Source: a cyanobacterium endosymbiont of Rhopalodia gibba
Lineage (GTDB): Bacteria; Cyanobacteriota; Cyanobacteriia; Cyanobacteriales; Microcystaceae
NCBI GenBank assembly: GCA_045159875.1
Contig: CP067995.1
Span: 2,848,001 to 2,912,000, forward strand
DNA: 64,000 nt
Reading direction: 5' to 3'
Shown here one piece after another: positions 46,266-56,119 of this stretch. The position numbers and the translations under genes are program-made. The notes beneath the pieces are model-generated. The model was not told where the DNA came from, ran no database searches, and was given only the letters and a program-made list of their open reading frames with translations. Every line of letters starts with the position of its first letter. The stretch's first letter is position 1.

Positions 46266-47684
46266 TTATCTTTCTCCATGGAGATTTTTATCCTTTACTA
46301 CTTCGTGTAAATTCTCCCAACGAAGACTGACTGGTTTAGGGATTTTTGGTAAAGAAATAGGGGGAGCATTTTTTCTTAAAACGTTAATAGCTCCTTTATA
46401 TTGAGGGTCAGCATGAGTTCCCATTAAAGATGGATCATTTCTAAGTTGTATATGTTGCTCCATGCTTAGGTCTAGATAAATATCGGGATTAATCCCTTTT
46501 TGATTAATATCCTTCCCACTGGGAGGATAATACCGCGCAATGGTAACCGCTAACCCAGACCCATCTGATAAGGAGTGAACTGACTGTACAGTTCCCTTCC
46601 CATAAGTGGTAGTTCCCACCACTGTTGCTCGTCCATTTTCTTTCAATGCTCCTGCTAAAATCTCACTGGCACTAGCAGAACCTTCATCGACTAACACCAC
46701 TAAGGGCAAATCTGTTAATGAGGTTCCATTAGCTGAAAAATGGCGATCACCACCACGACGATCAACCGTCATAACAATTTCTCCCTTTTTGAGCCAAAGA
46801 CGAGCAATATCTATACTAGCAAGAAGTAATCCACCTGGATTTCCACGCAAATCTAAAATATAACCGGATACTTCTTTATTTCCTAGATCTTTTATAGCGT
46901 TTCTCATTTGCTCAGCAGCATGGGAACTAAACTCGTCGAGGCGAATATAACCGACGCGAAGTTGAGCTTCCTGTTTGAGGTTATAACTTACAGAAGCAAT
47001 TTCAATCTGTGATCGTGTTAGAGTGACTTGAAACACCCCTTTATTCTCGCGGGACAATTGTAGACTAACATCAGTTCCTAATTCCCCTTGAACTGCATTT
47101 CTAGCTTCTTCAAGAGTCATTAACGCTGTTGGTTTGCCGTTGATGCGAATGATGCGATCACCTCTTTTAATACCCGCCATAGCAGCTGGTGAACTTTTAA
47201 CTGCCTCCACCACGTACAATTGGCTAGTGCGTTTGTCAAATGTTAGCCTAACTCCCACACCAGATAATTCTCCAGAGGTTTGACTAGTAAGGGTAGCAAA
47301 ATTATCAGGGGTCAAAAAACGAGTATAAGGATCTCCCAACCATTTCAATGTCTTTTGAATGGCTTTGTATGCTTGTTTATGATTAGCATAATCTCGGCTG
47401 AGCAATTCTTGACGCTTTTCTTTCCATTCAACTCGATTGAATTCTTTGTCTACAAACTCATTGTTAACAATTTGCCACATCTCATCGATAACCACCTTAG
47501 GATTATCTTCCAAGATGGTTATCGATGATTTAGGAGAACTTAACGCAGGAATGGCCAGAGACTGGAGAGTTATAGCTATGATCGTCCCTCCCCAGAGACA
47601 AATTTGATGCAACCGAACGGGCTTTATCGGAGTATTCATGGGGATTTTTATAGAATAATGACAATATGAAATGGGTTCAAGCAA
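46266..47684 (-). CDS. ctpB: carboxyl-terminal processing protease CtpB (S41)
   Basis: LGDPYTRF, PDZ domain, ILDLRGNPGGL, SASASEILAG, TYGKG.VQ; true start probably ATG 47639. Confidence 0.88.
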   Translation of the reverse strand: MLEPISYCHYSIKIPMNTPIKPVRLHQICLWGGTIIAITLQSLAIPALSSPKSSITILEDNPKVVIDEMWQIVNNEFVDKEFNRVEWKEKRQELLSRDYANHKQAYKAIQKTLKWLGDPYTRFLTPDNFATLTSQTSGELSGVGVRLTFDKRTSQLYVVEAVKSSPAAMAGIKRGDRIIRINGKPTALMTLEEARNAVQGELGTDVSLQLSRENKGVFQVTLTRSQIEIASVSYNLKQEAQLRVGYIRLDEFSSHAAEQMRNAIKDLGNKEVSGYILDLRGNPGGLLLASIDIARLWLKKGEIVMTVDRRGGDRHFSANGTSLTDLPLVVLVDEGSASASEILAGALKENGRATVVGTTTYGKGTVQSVHSLSDGSGLAVTIARYYPPSGKDINQKGINPDIYLDLSMEQHIQLRNDPSLMGTHADPQYKGAINVLRKNAPPISLPKIPKPVSLRWENLHEVVKDKNLHGER

Positions 47685-47759
47685 ATTAACAAGATTTAGG
47701 TAATAGAATTAGCCGTCTTCAACCTCAATAGCTTTGATTAAACCACCACAATGGAAGAA

Positions 47760-48290
47760 TTAAGCGTGAGTAGAGGTGATAACTATATTTTCTTTTTGCT
47801 TTAAGTTGTACTCGAAAAAATCGAGTAGGATTGCCTGATGAACCTTTCCGATGGGATGAACCTTATCGGTTTTTGGAGAATAGCATCGTCCTTGTTTAAC
47901 TATATTCACAGGCACTAATCCAAAATCGACTCCTTCTTGCAAGACTAATTGTTCTATCGCAACAATTAAAGGAGAAGAATAAAGATAACGAGTAATATTC
48001 GGTTCATTATAAACTCTAAACTCAATTGGGTTAGGGACTTTATAATTAATTTCTTCAATTAATTCCCGTTTGAGTGCTTGTTCCGGGTTTTCTCCTAACT
48101 CTATATGACCCCCAAATAAACCCCAATGGTCGGGATAGGCGATCATAGATATATTATCACGCAACTGGAGCAAAAAATTATCCTCTTGGTAAACAATCGC
48201 CAAGGCGACCTGAAGAGGAGATTCAGCGTCTTTGTCCTCAAGGTTAGTTAGAGATAATTGAGGGGGAGACGAGTATTCATGCGATCGCAT
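47760..48290 (-). CDS. NUDIX hydrolase
   Basis: WGLFGGHIELGENPEQALKRELIEE Nudix box. Confidence 0.9.
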   Translation of the reverse strand: MRSHEYSSPPQLSLTNLEDKDAESPLQVALAIVYQEDNFLLQLRDNISMIAYPDHWGLFGGHIELGENPEQALKRELIEEINYKVPNPIEFRVYNEPNITRYLYSSPLIVAIEQLVLQEGVDFGLVPVNIVKQGRCYSPKTDKVHPIGKVHQAILLDFFEYNLKQKENIVITSTHA

Positions 48291-48313
48291 AGTTATTTTA
48301 GTGTAATTTTACT

Positions 48314-48853
48314 TTATTTTGAGTTACTTTTATGGGGTAGTAGAAGTTCATTAACATCCAAATCCGATGTTGATGTAGATTCAGGTTGAGAAGAAGACAA
48401 TGGTTGTGTGGGTTGATCGGGAGTTTTGGTTTGGAGCTCAAGTTGTTCTACCTCTAAAATATACAATTCGCCCAAATCTTGGCCACCAATAGAAATTGGC
48501 TGATACTCTACTCGTCCTTTAATGGTTATAGAATCTCCTGCTTTGGGAAGGGTGCCATTGGTCAGAACCCAAACTGTCCCCGTATCATCTTGGAGTTTAT
48601 AGGAACCATTATCCATAAAAGGCGCATGATCAACCACGGTTCCTTTAATATAATAAAATGCTTCTTGAGTTTGAGAGAGTTCTTTTGGTTGCTGATATTG
48701 GATGATTTCATTGATAGGAGTTACTGGTATTTGAGCTTTTTTTAAAAAATTAAGTCGATTACAACCAATAATTTCTCCTATCAGTAAGAATAGAAATCCA
48801 CCATGGCAAATTCTAATGTTTAAATCTTTCATGATGAGTGGGAGTAGCTTCAC
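48314..48853 (-). CDS. hypothetical OB-fold (lipo)protein
   Basis: signal with IIGC, then G.V...APF...SY.LQDDTG.VWV; ends LLPHK. Confidence 0.7.
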   Translation of the reverse strand: MKLLPLIMKDLNIRICHGGFLFLLIGEIIGCNRLNFLKKAQIPVTPINEIIQYQQPKELSQTQEAFYYIKGTVVDHAPFMDNGSYKLQDDTGTVWVLTNGTLPKAGDSITIKGRVEYQPISIGGQDLGELYILEVEQLELQTKTPDQPTQPLSSSQPESTSTSDLDVNELLLPHKSNSK

Positions 48854-48919
48854 TAAACTGAGATATTTTAACTGAAAGGATACCTTAAAATTTTTACTAG
48901 TTCCAAATTCATTAATTAT

Positions 48920-49795
48920 TTGTCGATGTCTTCTTCAACTTCTTTTATGTTAAATGGTAAGGCTTTAGCAAAAAAAATTCAGTGTAAACTCCAATCCTGG
49001 GTTCAAAAGCAACAACCCAGGATTGGCCGTCCTCCAGGGTTGGCAGTATTGATGGTAGGGGATGATCCGGCTAGTACTGTTTATGTCCATAACAAAGAGC
49101 GGGCTTGCGCTAAGGTAGGAATTGTTTCTTTTGGTCATCATTTCCCGGCTAATATCTCCCAAGACGAATTAGAAACCGTTATTGGACAACTAAATCAAGA
49201 TCCGCGAGTAGATGGGATATTAGTCCAGTTACCTTTGCCCGTCCATTTAGACGCAGTACAATTGTTATTGACTATTGACCCCGATAAAGATGTTGATGGT
49301 CTTCATCCGATGAATTTAGGACGGTTAATACGTGGTGAACCAGGGTTACGCAGTTGTACTCCCGCCGGGGTGATGCGTCTATTAGAAGAAAATCAGATCG
49401 AAGTGGCAGGTAAACACGCAGTGGTGGTAGGAAGAAGCATTTTAGTGGGCAAACCGTTAGGGTTAATGTTACTTGAAAAAAATGCTACAGTGACTATGGC
49501 TCATTCTCAAACCCGAGATTTACGAAATGTGACCCGTCAAGGGGATATTTTAATTGTTGCAGTAGGTAAACCAGAGTTCATTAACGCAGACATGGTTAAA
49601 CCTGGGGCAATAGTTATTGACGTAGGAATTAATCGTGTTGTTCGATCAGATGGAACTTCCCAACTGCTAGGGGATGTGGATTTCAACTCTGTGGCTGATA
49701 CAGCGCAATATGTTACGCCAGTTCCTGGGGGAGTAGGTCCGATGACTGTAGCGATGTTATTAAGCAATACGGTGTTAAGTTATCATCAACGGTAG
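48920..49795 (+). CDS. folD: methylenetetrahydrofolate dehydrogenase/cyclohydrolase
   Basis: [42 protein letters not shown]. Confidence 0.97.
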   Translation: MSMSSSTSFMLNGKALAKKIQCKLQSWVQKQQPRIGRPPGLAVLMVGDDPASTVYVHNKERACAKVGIVSFGHHFPANISQDELETVIGQLNQDPRVDGILVQLPLPVHLDAVQLLLTIDPDKDVDGLHPMNLGRLIRGEPGLRSCTPAGVMRLLEENQIEVAGKHAVVVGRSILVGKPLGLMLLEKNATVTMAHSQTRDLRNVTRQGDILIVAVGKPEFINADMVKPGAIVIDVGINRVVRSDGTSQLLGDVDFNSVADTAQYVTPVPGGVGPMTVAMLLSNTVLSYHQR

Positions 49796-49800
49796 ATACT

Positions 49801-50321
49801 ATGAATGAATTTTTTTAGAATTATACCTGTGAGTTATCCCAAGGGAAAGCCTCGCAGGTGTCCATTATCCCTGAGCAGGATGATGTAGACTTCGATTTGA
49901 TGATTTAAAGAGCCTGTAGGGAATATTATTACCCAATATATATAGTATTAATACTGATGCCTACCGTACATTTACGAGTTTTGTAAGTGGAACCTATTTA
50001 TTTAGAGTCACATCGGTTAAAGAAAGTTGTAAGTTTGCTATTGATGTTAGCCTAGTAACAATTCTTTTTTCTCGTAATTATTCCCATCATCTTGAAAATA
50101 GTGTTGTTTGGAAAGTTGCGGTGATTCCCACCGCGAAGAGCATGGATTTTAATCTTTATATTGAAAATCCCAAGGACCAAGCAATTATTCAAGATAGTAG
50201 TTTCGAGCCTTCTGCAACTTGTGTGTTTACTAGTAATATTGAAGGGAACTATTCTTTTCTGCTTAAATTCCTTAAAGGAATGAGAGATTTTAATTTTCAA
50301 ATTGAGGGATTGATAGAATAA
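49801..50321 (+). pseudogene. hypothetical protein pseudogene (3' part still open at 50121-50321)
   Basis: VSIIPEQDDVDFDLMI* and ...VIPTAKSMDFNLYIENP... fragments with stops. Confidence 0.5.
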
Positions 50322-50346
50322 TTTAATGAAATTAAGTGTATCCACA

Positions 50347-50405
50347 AGTTATCATGAATCCCCAAATATTTAAAATAACTAAATATTTGGGGATTCATGA
50401 TAACT
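50347..50405. repeat. perfect inverted repeat, 26-bp arms, 7-nt spacer
   Basis: agttatcatgaatccccaaatattta-aaataac-taaatatttggggattcatgataact. Confidence 0.97.
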
Positions 50406-50537
50406 CTTTTTAAGATGATAAAATCAGAAAAAATTCAACTTATTATTTATATCTTCTACTAGTTTTAGAGGGTTTTTTGATCAAAAAATACAATAATTTT
50501 TCCAATTCAACACTTAATTATTTTACAAATTTTTAAC

Positions 50538-50589
50538 TACAATAAATAAGCTTTTTAGCTACTTTGTGCTAAAAAGCTTATTTATTGTA
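50538..50589. repeat. perfect inverted repeat, 22-bp arms, 8-nt spacer
   Basis: tacaataaataagctttttagc-tactttgt-gctaaaaagcttatttattgta. Confidence 0.96.
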
Positions 50590-51173
50590 CGTCTAATGTC
50601 TAGTTTCAGCTTTACTCAAAAATTATTTTATATTCCTCTTTAGTTTAATTTATTTTTTAAACTTAAATCTTCTTTATTTGTAAGTAAGATATATGTGTTT
50701 TTAATTTCAACCTAATAAATTTTTTTTCAACTAGCTTTTAAACTATTTCACCTCTCGTTTAAGAACTTTTCTTTGATTGTATCATTGAGTATTAATCTAT
50801 TTCATCTTATGAAATCTATCTGCTACTATTTCAACTTATCGCACTAGTTTATTTAAAGGTAAAAAGTAAGCAGTCAAACGAGATTTTATATCTAAAATAC
50901 CAGACCTCAATAAATGCTGCTTCTAGCATAGAATTGATGTTCTACTCTCTTCATAAATTTACTTGCCTCACAGTAACTTAAAGCAGAGAAATTCGCGCCG
51001 TATGCCTGTATAACTTGTGGAGAGAAGTGTCACAAAATTTTCTACAGTTGTTAGACTAATCTTGTTAGGTAGTTCATTAGTATCTTCCCTATCTGGAGTC
51101 TTTCTTTTAAAATTAGAGATCTAAACGCTATATATAGAGTTTACTTTAGTTAGTCTCGGATAAAGAAGGGATA

Positions 51174-54100
51174 ATGAACCATAAACAGGAATGGCAAGAT
51201 AGCGGTGTTGACGAACAATTGATTAATCTCAATGTGATAGCTTTGGAGGGGAATTCTCCTTTAGAGTATTTGTTTTATTCTGATGCACTTTCTAGACGTA
51301 ATGATGGTCGGGTCAATAATTCCATGTTAAAACGCTATGAACATACAGAACGAGGAGGCTGGTGGTGTTCGGGAATAGATTTATTGACAGGCGGCGAGGA
51401 TTTATGGGGGTGTTTCAAACCCAATTCCCCTCGAACCAGTTATGATAAGCACAAGTTAATCAAATATGAGCATCCCCCTAAAACATCTACAGGGGTTTTT
51501 GCCTTGCGGGTTCCATTGCATCTATGGCGACAATTAGCCCAACGCCACCATCAAGATCTTACTCCAGAAGAGATTAATAATCAACTCCCAGATTTAGGTT
51601 TTTGGCAATGGGTGATAAATCATCCTTCGATTCCCCTTTGTATTACTGAAGGGGCTAAAAAAGCAGGGGCGTTATTAACAGCAGGATATGCTACAATCGC
51701 CCTTCCAGGAATTAATAGTGGCTATCGAACCCCTCGAGATAAGTTGGGCAACCGAATCGGAAAGTCTCATCTCATTCCCCAACTCGAAAAACTAGCGATT
51801 TCAGGGAGGAAAATTTATATTGCTTTTGATCAAGATAGTAAACCAAGTTCTATTAAAGAAGTGAATTCTGCTATTAGAAAATTGGGAAGTTTATTCACTC
51901 AAGCAGGATGTCAAGTTAACGTTATTGTTTGGCTACCGAAATGGGGAAAAGGAGTAGATGATTTTTTAGCGCATAAAGGACTCAAAACTTTTAATGAAAC
52001 TTACGAAAAAGCCTTATCTCTAGAAACTTGGAAAGCACAAAGCTTAAGACAACTAACTTATCCTTCTGATCTTGAAGTCAGTACTCGATATTTAGGAGAT
52101 TTACCCATTCCTACAACTGCTAAATTAGTAGGAATAAAATCTCCAATAGGGACTGGAAAAACTAAGGCTCTTGAAAAGATTGTTGAACAGGCAATCACTT
52201 CTCAACAAAAAATATTAGTAATTGGACATAGAGTTAAGTTAGTTGAGCAACTTTGTCAACGATTTAAAATTCCTTATTTAACAGAAATCGAAGGAAATAA
52301 TGTTAGAAATATAAAAGGATGTGGACTTTGCATTGATTCTCTTCATCCTAATTCTTCATTTAAATTTAATCCTAGTGATTGGACAGATAGTCTAATTATT
52401 ATCGATGAAATTGAACAGGTTTTATGGCATGGATTAAATTCAGATACTTGCAAGGAAAATAGAGTTTCTATCCTAAGATCTTTTAAGAAGTTACTTGAAC
52501 AAAGTTTATATTTTAAAGGAAGAATAGTTATTGCTGATGCAGACTTAAGTGACATTTCTCTTGACTATTTAATTTCTTTGATAGGAATTAAATTAAAACC
52601 CTTTATTGTAATCAACAATTGGAAATCTAACAATAAAGAAGCATGGGGAGTATATAATTATCCAGAAACTACCCCCCAAGAGTGGCTCAAAGATTTAATG
52701 CAACATATCCAGCAAGGGGGTAAACCTTTTGTTTGTCTATCCGCTCAGAAATTAACTAGTAAGTGGGGAACACAAACTCTAGAATTCTACTTAAAAAAAC
52801 GATTCCCAGAAGTGAAAATTCTAAGGATTGATTCTGAATCGTTAACTGACCCTAATCATAACGCTTACCAATCTATCAACCACCTTAATCAAATACTATT
52901 AAATTACGATATCATTTTGGCTAGTCCTTCCATTGAGACGGGAGTAAGTATCGATATTAAAGATCATTTTACCTCTGTTTGGGGATTAGCTCAAGGGATA
53001 CAAACTGCTACCTCTGTCTGTCAATCACTAGGACGAATTCGTGACAACATTCCTCGTTATCTTTGGTGTGCTTCCTATGGGTTTAATAAAGTGGGAAATG
53101 GTTCTACTTCAATTCCTAATTTGTTAACTTCTAGTAATCGCGTTACTCAGTTAAATATTAAGTTATTACAACAATCTGACCTAGAAGCCTTAGATGATAT
53201 AGATATAGAATTTCAAGCAGAATCTTTACTTTGTTGGGCAAAAATGGCGGTTCGCGTTAATGTTTCAATGATTCATTATCGAGAGTCTATATTAAGAAAT
53301 ATTACTGACCAAAATCATCCAGTTCTTCGTAAGAATAAAGTTTTCAAAATTCAAGATATAAAAAAATATAAAAAATATTCGTATGATAGTAAAAATTCTT
53401 GTCAATTAATGAAAGCAATTGAAAGTATTAGAGAACAAAATTATCAAGAAGAATGCCTAATGGTTGCCCAAGGCAAGGAGATTACTGATCAACAATATAA
53501 AGCGTTAAATAAGAGGTTAGTTAAAACTGTAGTTGAACGGCATAACATCAAAAAATATAATTTACAAAGACGCTATTGTATTGAAGTAACTCCTCAATTA
53601 GTTGCCTTAGATAATGAAGGATGGTACGACAGGATTCGTCTCCATTATTTCTTAACTTTAGGACGTTCTTATTTAGCAGATAGAGACACTATTCTTGCTA
53701 AAAAATTCATAGAAAAAGGACAGGGTAGTCTTTTTGTACCTGATTTTAATAGTTCTCAATTAGGGGGAATTATTGGGACAATGGAGGTATTGGGAATTTC
53801 GGTGTTACTCATGAACCATAAGCGAAAGTTAAAACCTACAGATGAAGACTTGCAAGCGATGGCAAGAATTGCTATTAAAAACCGCGCTGAAATCAAAACT
53901 ATTATGGGAATTGGTATTGCCAAAAATTCTAGTCCTATCACGATTATACGGCGGTTGTTGGATAAAATTGGCTATGGATTAACTTGTATTGGTTCTCAAA
54001 AAGTTAACAAAAAACGAGTGCGGGTGTATCAAGTTGTTCTTCCTAATGATGCTAGGCAAAAGGTGTTTAGACAATGGTGGATAAGAGATGGAAAATCCCC

Positions 54101-54209
54101 AGGCAGTTCTGAACCTTGGTTTGAAGAATATACAAATATTAAGTCAGAAATAACTAAAATTCAGCAAGAAGAAAATAAAAATTATATTCAATTAAGTTTA
54201 GAATTTTAG
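51174..54209 (+). CDS. DUF3854 TOPRIM-like primase + superfamily-2 helicase (CyRepA1-type replication protein)
   Basis: KYEHPP, ITEGAKKA, IAFDQD, KGVDD; Walker A SPIGTGKT, Walker B IIIDEIEQ, SPSIETGVSID, QSLGRIR. Confidence 0.9.
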   Translation: MNHKQEWQDSGVDEQLINLNVIALEGNSPLEYLFYSDALSRRNDGRVNNSMLKRYEHTERGGWWCSGIDLLTGGEDLWGCFKPNSPRTSYDKHKLIKYEHPPKTSTGVFALRVPLHLWRQLAQRHHQDLTPEEINNQLPDLGFWQWVINHPSIPLCITEGAKKAGALLTAGYATIALPGINSGYRTPRDKLGNRIGKSHLIPQLEKLAISGRKIYIAFDQDSKPSSIKEVNSAIRKLGSLFTQAGCQVNVIVWLPKWGKGVDDFLAHKGLKTFNETYEKALSLETWKAQSLRQLTYPSDLEVSTRYLGDLPIPTTAKLVGIKSPIGTGKTKALEKIVEQAITSQQKILVIGHRVKLVEQLCQRFKIPYLTEIEGNNVRNIKGCGLCIDSLHPNSSFKFNPSDWTDSLIIIDEIEQVLWHGLNSDTCKENRVSILRSFKKLLEQSLYFKGRIVIADADLSDISLDYLISLIGIKLKPFIVINNWKSNNKEAWGVYNYPETTPQEWLKDLMQHIQQGGKPFVCLSAQKLTSKWGTQTLEFYLKKRFPEVKILRIDSESLTDPNHNAYQSINHLNQILLNYDIILASPSIETGVSIDIKDHFTSVWGLAQGIQTATSVCQSLGRIRDNIPRYLWCASYGFNKVGNGSTSIPNLLTSSNRVTQLNIKLLQQSDLEALDDIDIEFQAESLLCWAKMAVRVNVSMIHYRESILRNITDQNHPVLRKNKVFKIQDIKKYKKYSYDSKNSCQLMKAIESIREQNYQEECLMVAQGKEITDQQYKALNKRLVKTVVERHNIKKYNLQRRYCIEVTPQLVALDNEGWYDRIRLHYFLTLGRSYLADRDTILAKKFIEKGQGSLFVPDFNSSQLGGIIGTMEVLGISVLLMNHKRKLKPTDEDLQAMARIAIKNRAEIKTIMGIGIAKNSSPITIIRRLLDKIGYGLTCIGSQKVNKKRVRVYQVVLPNDARQKVFRQWWIRDGKSPGSSEPWFEEYTNIKSEITKIQQEENKNYIQLSLEF

Positions 54210-54387
54210 AAATTTACTTCAATCCTTGATCTTAAAAACTATATTTTGTAGAGTGGATTAGATGAAGGTCAGATTTTGAATAAAAAAATCGTAAGTTCTT
54301 ATCTACGTCGTAATCCCTATGATGGGAAATCAATCCGAGTATACCGAAAGAATTCAATACGAGTGATAAATTACACCATATCTTATG

Positions 54388-54437
54388 CTAATACATCCGT
54401 AGATACCTTGTATACAAGGTATCTACGGATGTATTAG
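54388..54437. repeat. 50-bp perfect palindrome with no spacer
   Basis: ctaatacatccgtagataccttgta|tacaaggtatctacggatgtattag. Confidence 0.97.
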
Positions 54438-54550
54438 GCAAAAAGGGATACTAAGATGCAGATTTGTATGTAGATGATAGCTAGAAATTTTTAGGAGAAA
54501 CTTAATAGAATTGTTGATTAAATTTTCCCTAAATTCTAGAATAAAAAACT

Positions 54551-55906
54551 TTAACGCATGGTCACAAATTCTTCGGCAGAAGTGGGATGAATACCAACAG
54601 TAGCGTCAAAATCAGCCTTTTTAGCTCCCATTTTTACTGCAATCGCTACTCCTTGAATAATTTCGGCAGCATGATCTCCTACCATATGTGCGCCTAAAAC
54701 CCGATCACTTTCTTGATGAACAACAAGTTTCATCAAAGTTTTTTCCTGTTTGTCAGGCAATACATAATACATGGGACGAAACTCGCTACTATATACTTTG
54801 ATAGCATCTTTCCCATATTGTTCTTTAGCTTTTGCTTCAGTTAGTCCTACTGTAGCAGCTTCCGGAGTACTAAACACGGCAGATGGAACATTTTCATAAC
54901 TCATCAGACACGATTTTCCCCCAAATTTAGTGTCAGCGAAGGCGCGGCTTTCACTAATAGCGACGGGAGTTAGATTAATACGATCTGTACAGTCTCCGAC
55001 TGCATATATATTCGGTTCTGCTGTTTGATTATACTTGTCGACAACGATCACTCCATTTTGCACTTTAACCTCTGTATTTTCTAATCCTAAGTTCTCTAAG
55101 TTAGGAATACGCCCAGTAGCAGCCAACCCAATGATATCGGCTAACACCATGTCATTATTGCTATCCCCTTCTAGAGAAATTGTTAAACCTTGGTTTGTTT
55201 TTTTGACTTCAGAGATGGAAGAGTTCTTTAGGATGCGAATACCATGTTCTTCCATAGACTCTTGGATTGTGGTTCGGATATCGTCATCAAACCCCTTCAA
55301 GATTTTATCGCGGCGAATAATCTGGATAACATCTGACCCTAGTCCATGCATAATACAGGCAAATTCTACCCCAATGTAACCCCCTCCCCAAATGACGACG
55401 CGCTTTGGTTGTTCGGGTAGTTCAAACATAGCATCAGAGGTCACTAAATATTCTTTTCCTGGAATGTTAGGTTTAATGGGACGTCCCCCCACAGCAATTA
55501 AAACTTTATCAGTTGTAACTTTTTTGCCATCTCCGACTTCTACGGTATGGGGATCGAGTAATTTACCATGGGTACGATACAGTTGAACATTGGATTTATC
55601 CAACATTCTTTGGTAAATACCATTAAGACGACCAACTTCCCTATTGATAGCGGCTATCATTTTAGGCCAGTCGAGGATACTTTTAACCGGACTCCATCCG
55701 TATCCTTGGGATTCTTCCAAGACTCTAGGGACGTGAGAAGTATAAACCATTAACTTTTTGGGAATACATCCTCTATTAACACAGGTTCCCCCTAGACGAT
55801 TAAATTCTGCTAACCCGACTTTAGTTCCATATTCGGCAGCGCGTCTAGCAGCAGCAATTCCTCCTGAACCACCACCAATAACAAATAAATCAAAATCAAA
55901 ATTCAT
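54551..55906 (-). CDS. gor: glutathione-disulfide reductase
   Basis: GGGSGG, GGTCVNRGCIPKK, GGGYIGVE, GIHPTSAEEFVTMR. Confidence 0.97.
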   Translation of the reverse strand: MNFDFDLFVIGGGSGGIAAARRAAEYGTKVGLAEFNRLGGTCVNRGCIPKKLMVYTSHVPRVLEESQGYGWSPVKSILDWPKMIAAINREVGRLNGIYQRMLDKSNVQLYRTHGKLLDPHTVEVGDGKKVTTDKVLIAVGGRPIKPNIPGKEYLVTSDAMFELPEQPKRVVIWGGGYIGVEFACIMHGLGSDVIQIIRRDKILKGFDDDIRTTIQESMEEHGIRILKNSSISEVKKTNQGLTISLEGDSNNDMVLADIIGLAATGRIPNLENLGLENTEVKVQNGVIVVDKYNQTAEPNIYAVGDCTDRINLTPVAISESRAFADTKFGGKSCLMSYENVPSAVFSTPEAATVGLTEAKAKEQYGKDAIKVYSSEFRPMYYVLPDKQEKTLMKLVVHQESDRVLGAHMVGDHAAEIIQGVAIAVKMGAKKADFDATVGIHPTSAEEFVTMR

Positions 55907-56119
55907 AATTCTACTAAATCTCCTAAATTATAGGTTTAAACTTTTCCCTTGTGCTTTTTTGTACTATTTTTTATTTTAAGACAGTTAGCTATTCAAACAC
56001 AATCACTACTTCTAATTGCATATTAGACCTTGTTCGTCAGTTTTTCTAACTCCTGGAGATATTGTTACTTTTTTTCCCAATTTAAACTCTGTAACAGATA
56101 ATAGCAATATTTTCCAAAT

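Noticed and set aside
50330..51170. Classical DnaA-box oriC
   Set aside because: No cluster of TTATCCACA boxes; only isolated imperfect matches such as gtatccaca near 50338.
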